DNA of 64,000 nt. Source: an uncultured Chloroflexia bacterium (GTDB lineage: Bacteria; Chloroflexota; Limnocylindria; QHBO01). The DNA is taken from positions 96,001-160,000 of the forward strand of contig CAWHAZ010000004.1 in the NCBI GenBank assembly GCA_963827475.1, given 5' to 3'. Below, piece after piece: positions 32,211 through 41,763 of this stretch. The translations under genes were made by a program, and so were the position numbers. Each line of letters begins with the position of its first letter. Position 1 is the first letter of the stretch. The notes below the pieces were generated by a model. It was not told where the DNA came from. It made no database searches and saw nothing but the letters and a program-made list of their open reading frames with translations.

Positions 32211-33751
32211 TGAGCGGCATCGACACCAGCGGCTTGCCCGTGCTGTCGCTGATCGTGTTCACCCCGCTCATCGGGGTCGCAGCGCTGCTGCTGATCCCCG
32301 GGCGGCGCCATCGGCTGATCCGCTGGGTGGCCCTCCTGGCGGCCCTCGCCAGCCTCGGCTTCAGCCTGCTCCTGCTCGGCTACGACCCGGCTGGTCCGGA
32401 GTTCCAGTTCCGCGAGGACATCCCGTGGATCGACGCCTTTGGCATCCGCTACACGCTCGGGGTGGACGGGATGAGCGCGGTCCTGATCCTGCTCACCACC
32501 GTCCTGAGCGTGGTCGCGATCCTCTACTCCTGGGACCCCATCCAGAACCGGATCAAGGAGTACTACGCCGCGATGCTGCTCCTGATGACCGGCATGCTCG
32601 GCGTGTTCGTCGCCCTCGACCTGTTCGTGTTCTACGTCTTCTGGGAGCTGAGCCTGATCCCGATGTACCTGGTCATCGGGATCTGGGGTGGGCCGAACCG
32701 GATCTACGCCACGGTCAAGTTCGTCATCTACACCCTGGTCGGCTCGCTGCTCATGCTGGTGGCCATCCTGGCCGTGGTCATCGCCCACGCCAACCTCGCG
32801 GGCGGGACGTTCACGTTCAGCTACGAGGCCCTGCGGGGCGTGCCGTACCCCGACCTCCTGCAGGCCGCGGCGTTCATCGCATTCGGCCTGGCGTTCGCCA
32901 TCAAGGTCCCCATGTGGCCGTTCCACACCTGGCTGCCCGATGCCCACGTCGAGGCGCCGACCGCCGGCTCGATCATCCTGGCCGGCGTCCTGCTCAAGCT
33001 CGGCGGCTACGGCTTCCTGCGGTTCTCCATCCCCCTGCTGCCCGACGCGGCCGCCAGCTTCGCGCCGATCATGATCGGCCTGGCGCTGATTGCGATCCTG
33101 TATGGGGCGCTGGTGGCCATGGTCCAGCCCGACCTCAAGAAGCTCATCGCCTACTCGAGCGTGTCGCACATGGGCTTCGTCATCCTCGGGGCGTTCGTCT
33201 TCAACCAGCAGGGGATGCAGGGGGCCATCTTCCAGATGGTCAGCCACGGGATCACGACCGGGGCCCTGTTCCTCCTGGTCGGGGTGATCTACGAGCGCAC
33301 CCACGATCGGATGATCGCCCACATGGGCGGGCTGAACGCCCGCCTGCCGGCCTACGCCGCCCTGTTCGGGCTGTTCACCTTCGCGTCCATCGGCTTGCCG
33401 GGGCTGGCCGGGTTCGTGGGCGAGTTCCTCGTCATGCTGGGAGCGTTCCAGTACTCGGGCTGGGTCGCGGCCTGGGCGATGCTGGTGGTCATCGCCAGTG
33501 CGGTCTACATGCTCTGGATGTTCCAGCGGGCGTTCTTCGCCGTCCCGTCGGACTGGATGCGACGGGCATGGAACGGCCTCCACGACCTGACCCGGATCGA
33601 GTGGCTGTCGCTCGCCCCGCTGGTCATCCTGGTCGTCGCCCTCGGCGTCTTCCCGATGCCGGTGCTGGAGGCCACCGCCGCCCCGGTGGAGCGGATACTC
33701 GACGTGGTGCAGTCGGCCGGCGGCCTGGACGCGGTGGCCTGGCCATGGTGA
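32210..33751 (+). CDS. nuoM: NADH-quinone oxidoreductase subunit M
   Basis: LGVDG, FWELSLIPMY, KVPMWPFHTWLPDAHVEAPT, LLKLG, AYSSVSHMG, GFVGEF; single copy. Confidence 0.96.
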   Translation: MSGIDTSGLPVLSLIVFTPLIGVAALLLIPGRRHRLIRWVALLAALASLGFSLLLLGYDPAGPEFQFREDIPWIDAFGIRYTLGVDGMSAVLILLTTVLSVVAILYSWDPIQNRIKEYYAAMLLLMTGMLGVFVALDLFVFYVFWELSLIPMYLVIGIWGGPNRIYATVKFVIYTLVGSLLMLVAILAVVIAHANLAGGTFTFSYEALRGVPYPDLLQAAAFIAFGLAFAIKVPMWPFHTWLPDAHVEAPTAGSIILAGVLLKLGGYGFLRFSIPLLPDAAASFAPIMIGLALIAILYGALVAMVQPDLKKLIAYSSVSHMGFVILGAFVFNQQGMQGAIFQMVSHGITTGALFLLVGVIYERTHDRMIAHMGGLNARLPAYAALFGLFTFASIGLPGLAGFVGEFLVMLGAFQYSGWVAAWAMLVVIASAVYMLWMFQRAFFAVPSDWMRRAWNGLHDLTRIEWLSLAPLVILVVALGVFPMPVLEATAAPVERILDVVQSAGGLDAVAWPW

Positions 33752-33779
33752 ACGCGAACCGGACCGATGAGATGAACCG

Positions 33780-35261
33780 ATGAACGACCCGGCGAACCTG
33801 TTCCCGCTGCTCCCCGAGCTGGCGCTCGCCATCTCGATCCTGGTCGTCATCACCGTCGACCTGTTCCTGCCCCGCGAGCGGAAGTGGCTGCTGACCCCCA
33901 TCACCGCCCTCGGCCTGCTCGCCACTGCGGCCGCCATCGGGGTTGTGTGGAGCTCCCCTCCGGGCGCGGCCCTGGCCGGGATCTACACCGTCGACGAGCT
34001 TGCCCTGGTGCTCAAGCTGGCCGCGGTTGGCATCGGTCTGTTGTCCACCCTCTTCTCGCCGGGGTACCTCGTCGTCCGCCGCCTGCCCCTGGGCGAGTTC
34101 AACGCGATCCTCCTGTTCTCGACCCTCGGCATCTTCGTTCTGGCCAGCAGCGCGGACCTCATCACCCTGTTCCTCGGCCTGGAGCTGATGGTCATGCCGG
34201 CGTACCTCCTGGCCGCGTTCCACAAGACCGATCGGTTCAGCAACGAGGGCGGGTTGAAGTACTTCCTCCTCGGCTCGTTCGCCAGCGCCATCCTCCTGTT
34301 CGGGGTGGCGTGGACCTACGGCCTGACCGGGACGACCATCTTCAGCGAGATCGCGGAGGTCTTCGCCGGCGGCCTGATGAACGGGGCTGTGCTGGTGGCC
34401 CTCGCCTTCCTGACCGTGGGCGCGACCTTCAAGGTGGCCGCCGTCCCATTCCACTTCTGGACGCCGGACGCCTACCAGGGCGCCCCGACGCCGATCACCG
34501 GCTTCCTGTCTGTCGGCCCCAAGCTCGGCGCCTTTGCGCTGCTCCTCCGCCTGTTCGGCGAGGCGCTCGGCCCGCTTCGCGCCGACTGGCTCGACGTGTT
34601 CGTGATCCTGGCCGTGGTGACCATGACCTTCGGCAACGTCGTGGCCCTGACCCAGACCAACGTCAAGCGGATGCTCGCCTACTCGTCGATCGCCCACACC
34701 GGGTACATCCTGGCCGGGCTGGCCGCCTACGCGGCCGCGCCCACCGAGGCGATCGCGGTGCAGGCCGTGGAAGCGGTGGTCTTCTACCTGGTCGGCTACT
34801 CGGTCATGAACATCGCCGCCTTCGCTGTGGTCGGCATGCTCCAGCGTGACGTCCGCCGCTATGGTGGGCTGGCCTCGTTCGCCGGCCTCGCCTCCCGGCA
34901 GCCGGCCCTGGCCGCGGCCATGACCATCCTGCTCCTGTCACTGACCGGCATCCCGCCGACCGTCGGGTTCTTCGCCAAGCTCTACATCCTGCTGGCCACG
35001 GTCGATTCGGGGCTGGTGTGGCTGGCGATCGCCATCGCCCTCAACGCAGCCCTCGCCGCGTTCTACTACCTGCGGGTGGTGGTCTACATGTACATGCGCG
35101 ACCCGGAGGCGGAGCCGGCGGAAGTCGAGCGGTCCGGGGTCGGACGGCTGGCCCTCGTCCTGAGCGTGGCCGGCGTGATCCTGCTCGGCATCTTCCCCGG
35201 CTTCCTGCTCGGCTGGCTGCCGACCGAGTGGCTGACCGTGGGCCAGGGCATGCTCCGTTGA
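33780..35261 (+). CDS. nuoN: NADH-quinone oxidoreductase subunit N
   Basis: EGGLKYFLLG, FKVAAVPFHFWTPDAYQGAP, KRMLAYSSIAH, GIPPTVGFFAK, FYYLRVV. Confidence 0.96.
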   Translation: MNDPANLFPLLPELALAISILVVITVDLFLPRERKWLLTPITALGLLATAAAIGVVWSSPPGAALAGIYTVDELALVLKLAAVGIGLLSTLFSPGYLVVRRLPLGEFNAILLFSTLGIFVLASSADLITLFLGLELMVMPAYLLAAFHKTDRFSNEGGLKYFLLGSFASAILLFGVAWTYGLTGTTIFSEIAEVFAGGLMNGAVLVALAFLTVGATFKVAAVPFHFWTPDAYQGAPTPITGFLSVGPKLGAFALLLRLFGEALGPLRADWLDVFVILAVVTMTFGNVVALTQTNVKRMLAYSSIAHTGYILAGLAAYAAAPTEAIAVQAVEAVVFYLVGYSVMNIAAFAVVGMLQRDVRRYGGLASFAGLASRQPALAAAMTILLLSLTGIPPTVGFFAKLYILLATVDSGLVWLAIAIALNAALAAFYYLRVVVYMYMRDPEAEPAEVERSGVGRLALVLSVAGVILLGIFPGFLLGWLPTEWLTVGQGMLR

Positions 35262-35271
35262 GGCCGCTGCG

Positions 35272-35968
35272 CTGAACGCCCGTCGATCCCGGGGGCTGGC
35301 GCTCCCACTGACCCTTGCCGTGCTGGGCGTCGCGCTCATCCTCGTCGGCCAGCTGCCGCTGGATGAGCCCCCGACGCCCAGCCTGCCGCCGATCCCCACC
35401 CCGGTGGCGGCCACGGCGACACCATCCCCCGAGTCCGTCGGTCGCGTCGTCCGAGACCCCGGCGCCGACCCCCGTGCCGACGCCGATCCCGGCCGACTGG
35501 GTCGCCACCCAGCTCCAGGTCGATTCGGTGGGCATCAACGTCGCCATTCAGCGGATCCCGGCCGGCCAGCCGCTGGGGACATGCTGCGCGTTCCTCCTGC
35601 CGAACACCTCCGACCCGGGGCGCGGGACGAACTCGTACATCGCCGGCCACGCGCTGTTGCCCCTGCTCAAGGGCCTGTGGAACGTCCAGCTGGGCGCGGA
35701 GATCCGGGTCCTGATGTCGGACGGGGCGGTCCTGCGCTACGCGGTGTCCGAGATTCGGCCGAACGTGTCCTGCCCCGACCCCAACGCCCCGCCGATGACC
35801 GTCACCCCGCCCCTCGCGCTCCAGTACGCCCCACCGGGCTGCATCGAGGGGGCCCGCTGGACGGCGCCCACCGACCACGAGCAGCTGACCCTGCAGACCT
35901 CCCAGGGCTTCAACCGCAACTGGGGCGAGCTGATCGTCATCGCCCTGCCGATCCCGGAGCCGAGCTAG
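35272..35968 (+). CDS. sortase-fold membrane-anchored protein with TLxTS instead of TLxTC (frameshift in the C-run at 35426-35430)
   Basis: N-terminal TM, Pro/Thr linker, PGRGTNSYIAGH, LRYAV, QLTLQTS, LIVIA. Confidence 0.75.
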
Positions 35969-36657
35969 AGGTCGCGGCGGGCAAACCGACGGGCGGCCCA
36001 CAGCCAGGCGAGCGCAGCAAGGGCCAGGCACAGACCGATGGACTGCAGCCCGACCGTGATCGGTCGGTCGCCGGGCACGATGCCGGCCACCAGCCAGTAA
36101 CCGCTGGCCGGGTGGATCACGGCGTCGCCGAGCAGGAAGAGGGGCACGGCCGCGACGGCCGCGGTGCCGATGATCGCGAGCGCCGTCACGCGGCCCGGAG
36201 CGCCGACCCCGATCGCCAGCGCGAGGGCGGTCAGCGGGATGGTCGGGGCGGCCGAGGCGACGACCCCGATGGCCTGGGTCAACGGGTCCGGTGGCTGGGC
36301 CAGCGGTGGCTCGATGGCGAGGCCCGCCAGGATGCCCGCGAGCCCGTACGCCACCAGCACCGCCAGGCTCGGCGCCACCAGCCACGCGCCGATGAGCGCG
36401 GTGCGCGGGATGGCGCGAACCACGAGCCATGCCGCGGCGCCGGAGCGGATCTCCTCGGTGAACCCGGTTCCGACCAGGACGGCGCACACCACGGCGGCCA
36501 CCGCGAACCCGATGGCAAGGCTCACCCGACCCGGCTCCGACCCGCGCTGGCCGTCGACGATCACCGCCGCGATGGCGGCCAGGACCGGGATGCTCAGCAG
36601 GCCGAGGAGCCGGAGCTGGATCCACAGCTGGCGGATGACGTGGACGCCGAGGATCAT
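35965..36657 (-). CDS. ABC-2-type permease-like membrane protein
   Basis: About 6 TMs; EEIRSGAAAWLVVRAIPR motif; ends FARRDL; ATGA-coupled to the ATPase gene. Confidence 0.7.
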   Translation of the reverse strand: MILGVHVIRQLWIQLRLLGLLSIPVLAAIAAVIVDGQRGSEPGRVSLAIGFAVAAVVCAVLVGTGFTEEIRSGAAAWLVVRAIPRTALIGAWLVAPSLAVLVAYGLAGILAGLAIEPPLAQPPDPLTQAIGVVASAAPTIPLTALALAIGVGAPGRVTALAIIGTAAVAAVPLFLLGDAVIHPASGYWLVAGIVPGDRPITVGLQSIGLCLALAALAWLWAARRFARRDL

Positions 36658-37439
36658 TCCTGCCCCACCAGGCCCAGGTCGGCGAGGGCGGTCATGCCCC
36701 GCAGGGAGAGCGGCAGCCGCTGGGCGTCGAGCTCCTCGATCGGGGCATGGAGGGCCACGCGCCCCTCGCGGATCAGGATCACGCGGTCGACGATGCCGCC
36801 CTCCTGCGCCGGGAACCGGCTGGCGATGAGCACCGTCCGGCGTTCCCCGGGAATCCGCAGCAGCCGCAGCCGGTCCGGCGGCGGGTGCGCGCGGAGCGGC
36901 TCGTCGAGCAGCAGGACCTCCGGATCGGGCAGGAGGGCGGCGGCCAGGGCCGTCCGCTCGGCGATGTTCCGGCCGGCATGGCGCAGCGGCCGATCGCGGA
37001 TCGCCCCCAGCTGGAAGCTCTGCAGCGACGTGTCGATGAGGCGCTGGCGCTGCGGCCCGTCGATGCCGGCCAGCCGCGCGGCCAGCTCCAGGCTCTCGGC
37101 CGGCGTCATCCACAGCGGGATGCCCGGGTCGGAGCCCACGAAGCCGATGCGCCGTGCCCAGCCCTCCGGCGTCGACGCCTCCCGCATCAGTCCGGCGAGG
37201 ACGACGGTGCCCCGATCGGCGCGGGCAAGGCCGGCCATGATCCGGAGCAGGAGCGACGGGGCGCTCGGGTTCAGCCCCGCCACCAGGACGCGCGCGCCGG
37301 CCGGGATCGCGAGGTCCACGCCGTCGAGCAGCGGCTCCGCTCCGATGGTGCGGGCAAGGCCGGTGATCTCGATCGCCACCGGGCGCAGGCGCCGGGCGGC
37401 CGGCGAGGACCACAGCGCATCGGGGGTCGAGATCGGCAT
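36654..37439 (-). CDS. ABC ATP-binding protein homolog with degenerate Walker A
   Basis: LDGVDLAI, GLNPSAPS (cf. GxNGAGKT), PEVLLLDEP, DRVILIREG. Confidence 0.75.
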   Translation of the reverse strand: MPISTPDALWSSPAARRLRPVAIEITGLARTIGAEPLLDGVDLAIPAGARVLVAGLNPSAPSLLLRIMAGLARADRGTVVLAGLMREASTPEGWARRIGFVGSDPGIPLWMTPAESLELAARLAGIDGPQRQRLIDTSLQSFQLGAIRDRPLRHAGRNIAERTALAAALLPDPEVLLLDEPLRAHPPPDRLRLLRIPGERRTVLIASRFPAQEGGIVDRVILIREGRVALHAPIEELDAQRLPLSLRGMTALADLGLVGQE

Positions 37440-37481
37440 CGGACGCGACTCTACCGCGTCGGATGCACGACGAACGACCTC

Positions 37482-37531
37482 TTGACATCCCCCACCGTTC
37501 TCAATAGGATAAACGCTCCCTTATATAAGGG
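37482..37531 (+). promoter_or_regulatory. sigma70 promoter and palindromic operator of the ArsR-PI/PIM operon
   Basis: TTGACA (37482-37487)-N17-TAGGAT (37505-37510); perfect 14-bp palindrome CCCTTATATAAGGG at 37518-37531. Confidence 0.75.
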
Positions 37532-37569
37532 TTCCTTTCAGCGTTCCGATTGGAGATCCGCTCCAGGCC

Positions 37570-37935
37570 ATGACCATCCAGCCGCCCGACTCCGTCGCCG
37601 CCCGCGACCTTCGCCTCCTGCGCGACCTGTACCGCGCGCTGGCTGACCCCACCCGCCTGCGCGTCTGCGCCATCCTCGGCGAGTCGGGACCGCTCCCCGT
37701 GAACGAGCTGTCATCTCGCGTTGGTCTGTCGCAGCCGCTCATGAGCTGGCACCTCCGCATCCTGCGCACCGCCGGCCTGATCGAGACCCGCCCGCACGGC
37801 CGGGCGAAGCTGTGCGCGCTGCGACCGTCGGCCTTCGACGCCCTGGCCGCCGCCCAGCGTCGGCTCGTCGCCGGAGAGCTGCGCGTCGCGGCCGCGGCCG
37901 GCCTCGACTCCGGAGGGCTCCTCGGTGTCCGCTGA
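37570..37935 (+). CDS. ArsR/SmtB-family transcriptional regulator
   Basis: [31 protein letters not shown]. Confidence 0.9.
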   Translation: MTIQPPDSVAARDLRLLRDLYRALADPTRLRVCAILGESGPLPVNELSSRVGLSQPLMSWHLRILRTAGLIETRPHGRAKLCALRPSAFDALAAAQRRLVAGELRVAAAAGLDSGGLLGVR

Positions 37936-38597
37936 CCCCACGCCGCGCGGAGACTCGATCCTCTCCGCCCGCCTGAAGGCCGGCGGGCGTGCCGCCCTGG
38001 CTCCGCTCATCAACGTCCTGGCCGCGGCCGGCGTGACCCCGAACCAGGTCACCGTGTTCGGGCTCGTCCTGGTCATCGTTGCCTCGATCCTGATCTGGCA
38101 GCACGCGCTCCTGCTGGGCGCCGTCATCCTCGCCGTCGGCGCCGCGCTCGACGCGGTGGACGGCGGCCTGGCCCGGGCCCAGGGCGGCGGCACGCCGTTC
38201 GGGGGCTTCCTCGACAGCACGCTGGACCGGACCGGAGAAGCGGTCGTGTACGTCGGCATCGTTGCCTACTGGCTCGACGCCACGCTCGACCCCTTCGCCC
38301 CGGTGATGCTCGCGGTGCTGGCCCTCAGCGGCTCGTTCCTGGTCAGCTACTCGAGCGCGCGAGCCGAGGCGGCCGGTTTCACGGCCTCCAACGGCCTCGC
38401 GCCCCGCACCGAGCGCCTCGTCATCCTCGTCGTCGGCCTGGCCATCGCCGGGCTCTACCACGTCGCACTTCCCATCGCGATGGCGATCATCGCGCATCCT
38501 CGCCTGGGCGACGGTCGCCCAGCGCATCTGGTTCGTTCGCAAGCAGGCGGCCGCAGCCGCCGAGCCCACCCCCATCGGTCAAGACAAGGAGATCTGA
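37925..38597 (+). CDS. pgsA: CDP-alcohol phosphatidyltransferase, phosphatidylinositol-phosphate synthase-like (frameshift near 38494)
   Basis: [42 protein letters not shown]; native C-terminus [12 protein letters not shown].. is in a shifted frame ending at TGA 38597. Confidence 0.82.
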
Positions 38598-38602
38598 ACA
38601 TC

Positions 38603-39835
38603 GTGGCCACCACCAAGATTCCCGCCACCAAGGTGACGACCGCCAAGGTCGCCACCAACGGTCGCAACGGCAAGCGGCGCTCGGACGGCAAGGTCCGGGT
38701 CGCGCTGGTCGGCATCGGCAACTGCGCCTCGAGCCTGGTCCAGGGGCGCTACTACTACGAGAACGCCCGACCCGGAGATGACATCCCGGGCCTCATGCAC
38801 GTCGACCTCGGCGGGTATCACGTCCGCGACATCGAGTTCGTGGCCGCCTTCGACGTGGACAAGAACAAGGTCGGCAAGGACCTGTCGGAGGCGATCTACG
38901 CCGCCCCGAACAACACCTTTGTCTTCCACCAGGTGCCCAACATCGGGGTGACCGTCGAGCGCGGCATGACCCTCGACGGGCTGGGCAAGTACCTGTCCGA
39001 GATCATCGAGAAGGCCCCGGGCGAGACCGCCGACGTCGTCGGCATCCTGAAGGAGCGCGACGTCGACGTCATGGTCTCGTACCTGCCGGTGGGCAGCGAG
39101 TACGCGACCAAGTGGTACGCCGAGCAGGCGCTGGAGGCGGGCGTCGCGTTCGTCAACGCGATCCCGGTGTTCATCGGTCGCGAGCCCTACTGGCAGCGGC
39201 GGTTCGCCGAGGCCGGGGTGCCGGTCATCGGTGACGACATCAAGTCCCAGGTGGGAGCGACCATCACCCACCGCGTCCTGACCCGCCTGTTCATGGACCG
39301 CGGCGTCCAGGTCGACCGCACCTACCAGCTGAACTTCGGGGGCAACACCGACTTCCTGAACATGCTCGAGCGCGAGCGACTGGAGTCGAAGAAGATCAGC
39401 AAGACGAACGCGGTGACCTCCATGCTCGACTACGAGCTGGGGCCGGACGACGTGCATGTCGGACCGTCGGACTACGTGCCGTGGCTGAAGGACCGCAAGT
39501 GGTGCCACATCCGGATGGAGGGCACGACGTTCGGTGACGTGCCGCTCAATCTCGAGCTCAAGCTCGAGGTCTGGGACTCGCCGAACAGCGCCGGCGTCAT
39601 CACCGATGCCATCCGCTGCGCCAAGCTCGGCCTCGACCGCGGCCTGGCCGGCACCCTCGTCGCGCCGTCCTCGTACTTCATGAAGTCCCCGCCGCTCCAG
39701 ATCCACGACGACGTGGCTCGGGAGCGGGTGGAGGCGTTCATCCGTGGCGAGGACAACGAGACGCTGGTCGGGACCGAGGCGCCGAAGCCGCGATCCCGGC
39801 GGGCGACCAAGGCAAAGGCGTTCGCCCGCCGCTAG
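38603..39835 (+). CDS. ino1: inositol-3-phosphate (myo-inositol-1-phosphate) synthase
   Basis: [60 protein letters not shown]; AAGGAG SD before GTG 38603. Confidence 0.95.
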   Translation: MATTKIPATKVTTAKVATNGRNGKRRSDGKVRVALVGIGNCASSLVQGRYYYENARPGDDIPGLMHVDLGGYHVRDIEFVAAFDVDKNKVGKDLSEAIYAAPNNTFVFHQVPNIGVTVERGMTLDGLGKYLSEIIEKAPGETADVVGILKERDVDVMVSYLPVGSEYATKWYAEQALEAGVAFVNAIPVFIGREPYWQRRFAEAGVPVIGDDIKSQVGATITHRVLTRLFMDRGVQVDRTYQLNFGGNTDFLNMLERERLESKKISKTNAVTSMLDYELGPDDVHVGPSDYVPWLKDRKWCHIRMEGTTFGDVPLNLELKLEVWDSPNSAGVITDAIRCAKLGLDRGLAGTLVAPSSYFMKSPPLQIHDDVARERVEAFIRGEDNETLVGTEAPKPRSRRATKAKAFARR

Positions 39836-39844
39836 GCTGCCCGC

Positions 39845-40846
39845 GTGGCCGTCGATCGGGCCGTGTCCGGCTACTCGCGTCGCGACGCCGCCCGTGGCGG
39901 TGAGCGATGGCGTGAGCGGCTGACCTACTGGGCCTACCGCGGCGCGGAGCGGGTGCTGAGCACCCTGCCCCGCGGGGTGGTGATCCCCGGGGCGGTCGCG
40001 GTCAGCAACGGCGCCTACGACCTGTCCGGGCCCAAGGGGGCCCTGGTCCGGGCCAACATGGCCCAGGCCATGGGCCTGCCGGTGGACGACCCCCGCGTTT
40101 CGCGGGCGGCCCGGCGCGCCTTCCAGAACTTCGGCCGCTACCTGGTCGAGGTCATGCGCCTGCCGGTCCTCGATCCGGAGGAGGCGCGCCAGCGGGTCAC
40201 CTTCGTCGGCTGGGACGACCTGGCCGCGGCCCAGGGCACGGAGGGCCGGGGCGTGCTCCTGTGCGCCGTCCACACCGGCGCCGTGGACCTCCTCGCCCCG
40301 GCGATGAAGCACGAAGGCGAGACGGTGAGCGCGGTCGCGGACGACACGACCTACGGCCGCCTCTACGAGCACCTCGCCGCGGTCCGGGGCGCGCACGGCG
40401 TGGACGTCATCGGCTGGCGGAACCTGCGGCGCCTGTACAGGGTGCTTCGCGACGGGGGCAACCTCGTCCTGCTGGTCGACGGCCCCTATCGTCCCGGCGA
40501 CGTGCCGGTCGAGCTCCTCGGCGCCCCGACCACCCTCCCCGCCGGACCGGCGCTCCTGTCGGCCCGCACCGGGGCCGCCATCCTGCCGGTGGGTGTGAGG
40601 CGGGCCGACGGTGACCGGCTCGAGGCGTGGGGCTATCCCGTCATTCGCGCCGCGAGCACCGAGCCGGCCGAGGTCTACCGCGCCACGCAGGCGCTCGCCG
40701 ACGCGCTGGGCCAGGTCATCGCCGCCGATCCGGGGCAGTGGTACATGTTCCGGGCGGTCTGGCCCCGGACCGATGCCGCCCGAGCGGCGGCGGCAGCGGC
40801 TCTCGAGCGGGCACGGGCGGGCGAGGACTGGACGACAGCTCCCTGA
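39845..40846 (+). CDS. PatA/LpxL-family lipid acyltransferase 1
   Basis: AFQNFGRYLVE, HTGAVD (HxxxxD), TLPAGPALLS, PGQWYMF..VW. Confidence 0.82.
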   Translation: MAVDRAVSGYSRRDAARGGERWRERLTYWAYRGAERVLSTLPRGVVIPGAVAVSNGAYDLSGPKGALVRANMAQAMGLPVDDPRVSRAARRAFQNFGRYLVEVMRLPVLDPEEARQRVTFVGWDDLAAAQGTEGRGVLLCAVHTGAVDLLAPAMKHEGETVSAVADDTTYGRLYEHLAAVRGAHGVDVIGWRNLRRLYRVLRDGGNLVLLVDGPYRPGDVPVELLGAPTTLPAGPALLSARTGAAILPVGVRRADGDRLEAWGYPVIRAASTEPAEVYRATQALADALGQVIAADPGQWYMFRAVWPRTDAARAAAAAALERARAGEDWTTAP

Positions 40847-41763
40847 TGAGCCACCGCCCTGGCGACCTGCTCCTCCGGGCGGGCCTGGAGCTGGTGGACC
40901 TGTTCTTCCGTGCCCTGCCCCAGGGCGCGGCCTATGGTCTCGCCGACCTCCTGGGAGAGGCGTGGTATCGGTTCGCCCCGGCCCGTCGCCGGCTCGTGAC
41001 CGCCCAGCTGGCTCGGGTCGCGGAGGCGGGCGGCTACGCGGTGACCCGGGCGGGCCTGCGTCGCATGGTGCGGGCGGCGTTCGTGGCCCACGCCCGCTAC
41101 TACCTCGAGGTCATCCGGGTTCCCCGCCTCGATCACCGCCGGATCGACGAGGTCCTGACCTGGGACGACGAGGCGGGAGTGGAGGACCTCGCCCGGCAGC
41201 GTGGGATCATCGCCGTGTCCGCCCACTTCGGGAACTTCGAGCCCGCCGCGGTGTGGCTGGCCAGTCGCGGACTGCGCTGGGTCGCGCCCATGGAGCGCAT
41301 CGAGCCCCGCGCCCTGTTCGAGTACCTCCTCTCGCGGCGAGGCGGACGCAGCACCGGCGGCGAGCTGGTCGTGCCGCCGGATGCGGCACGCCGGATCCTC
41401 CGTGGCCTGCGCGAGGGGGTGGTGGTGGCGATCGCCACCGACCGGGACCTCGGCAGCCCAACCGTGACGGTGACGATGTTCGGCCATCCGGCGGCGGTCC
41501 CGTCAGGGCCGGCCACGCTCGCCCTCCTGACCGGTGCGCCAGTCGTCGTCGGGACCGTGCGGCGGACCGCGCCGGGCCGGTTCGCGGCCCACGTCGAGCG
41601 CGTCGAATGGACCGCCACCGACGACCGTGAGGCCGACGTGGCCGCTCTCTGTCAGCGGATCACCGACGTCCTGTGCCGGCACATCGCCGAGGCGCCGGAG
41701 CAGTGGTGGGGCGCGTTTCAGCCGGTGTGGGCCGACCTCGCACGCGCGTCCCGGCCGGGATGA
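40846..41763 (+). CDS. PatA/LpxL-family lipid acyltransferase 2
   Basis: HARYYLE, AHFGNFE, TDRDL, GPATLAL, PEQWW..QPVW; TGATG-coupled. Confidence 0.85.
   Translation: MSHRPGDLLLRAGLELVDLFFRALPQGAAYGLADLLGEAWYRFAPARRRLVTAQLARVAEAGGYAVTRAGLRRMVRAAFVAHARYYLEVIRVPRLDHRRIDEVLTWDDEAGVEDLARQRGIIAVSAHFGNFEPAAVWLASRGLRWVAPMERIEPRALFEYLLSRRGGRSTGGELVVPPDAARRILRGLREGVVVAIATDRDLGSPTVTVTMFGHPAAVPSGPATLALLTGAPVVVGTVRRTAPGRFAAHVERVEWTATDDREADVAALCQRITDVLCRHIAEAPEQWWGAFQPVWADLARASRPG

Noticed and set aside
33748-33783. 11-codon mini-ORF (VNANRTDEMNR) bridging nuoM and nuoN with duplicated ACCGATGA
   Set aside because: It could be a coupling relay, but is equally explained by a small duplication or indel at the nuoN start; too little evidence.
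18739-35261. Group 4 hydrogenase, formate hydrogenlyase or 2M-type complex I
   Set aside because: NuoD has no NiFe CxxC motifs, there is no H-cluster or molybdopterin domain, and only one nuoM is present.
37925-39835. 636-aa PgsA-Ino1 fusion ORF in the track
   Set aside because: One extra base near 38494 shifts pgsA out of its native C-terminus (WATVAQRIW, stop 38597). ino1 has its own AAGGAG SD and GTG, so the fusion is most likely an indel artefact.
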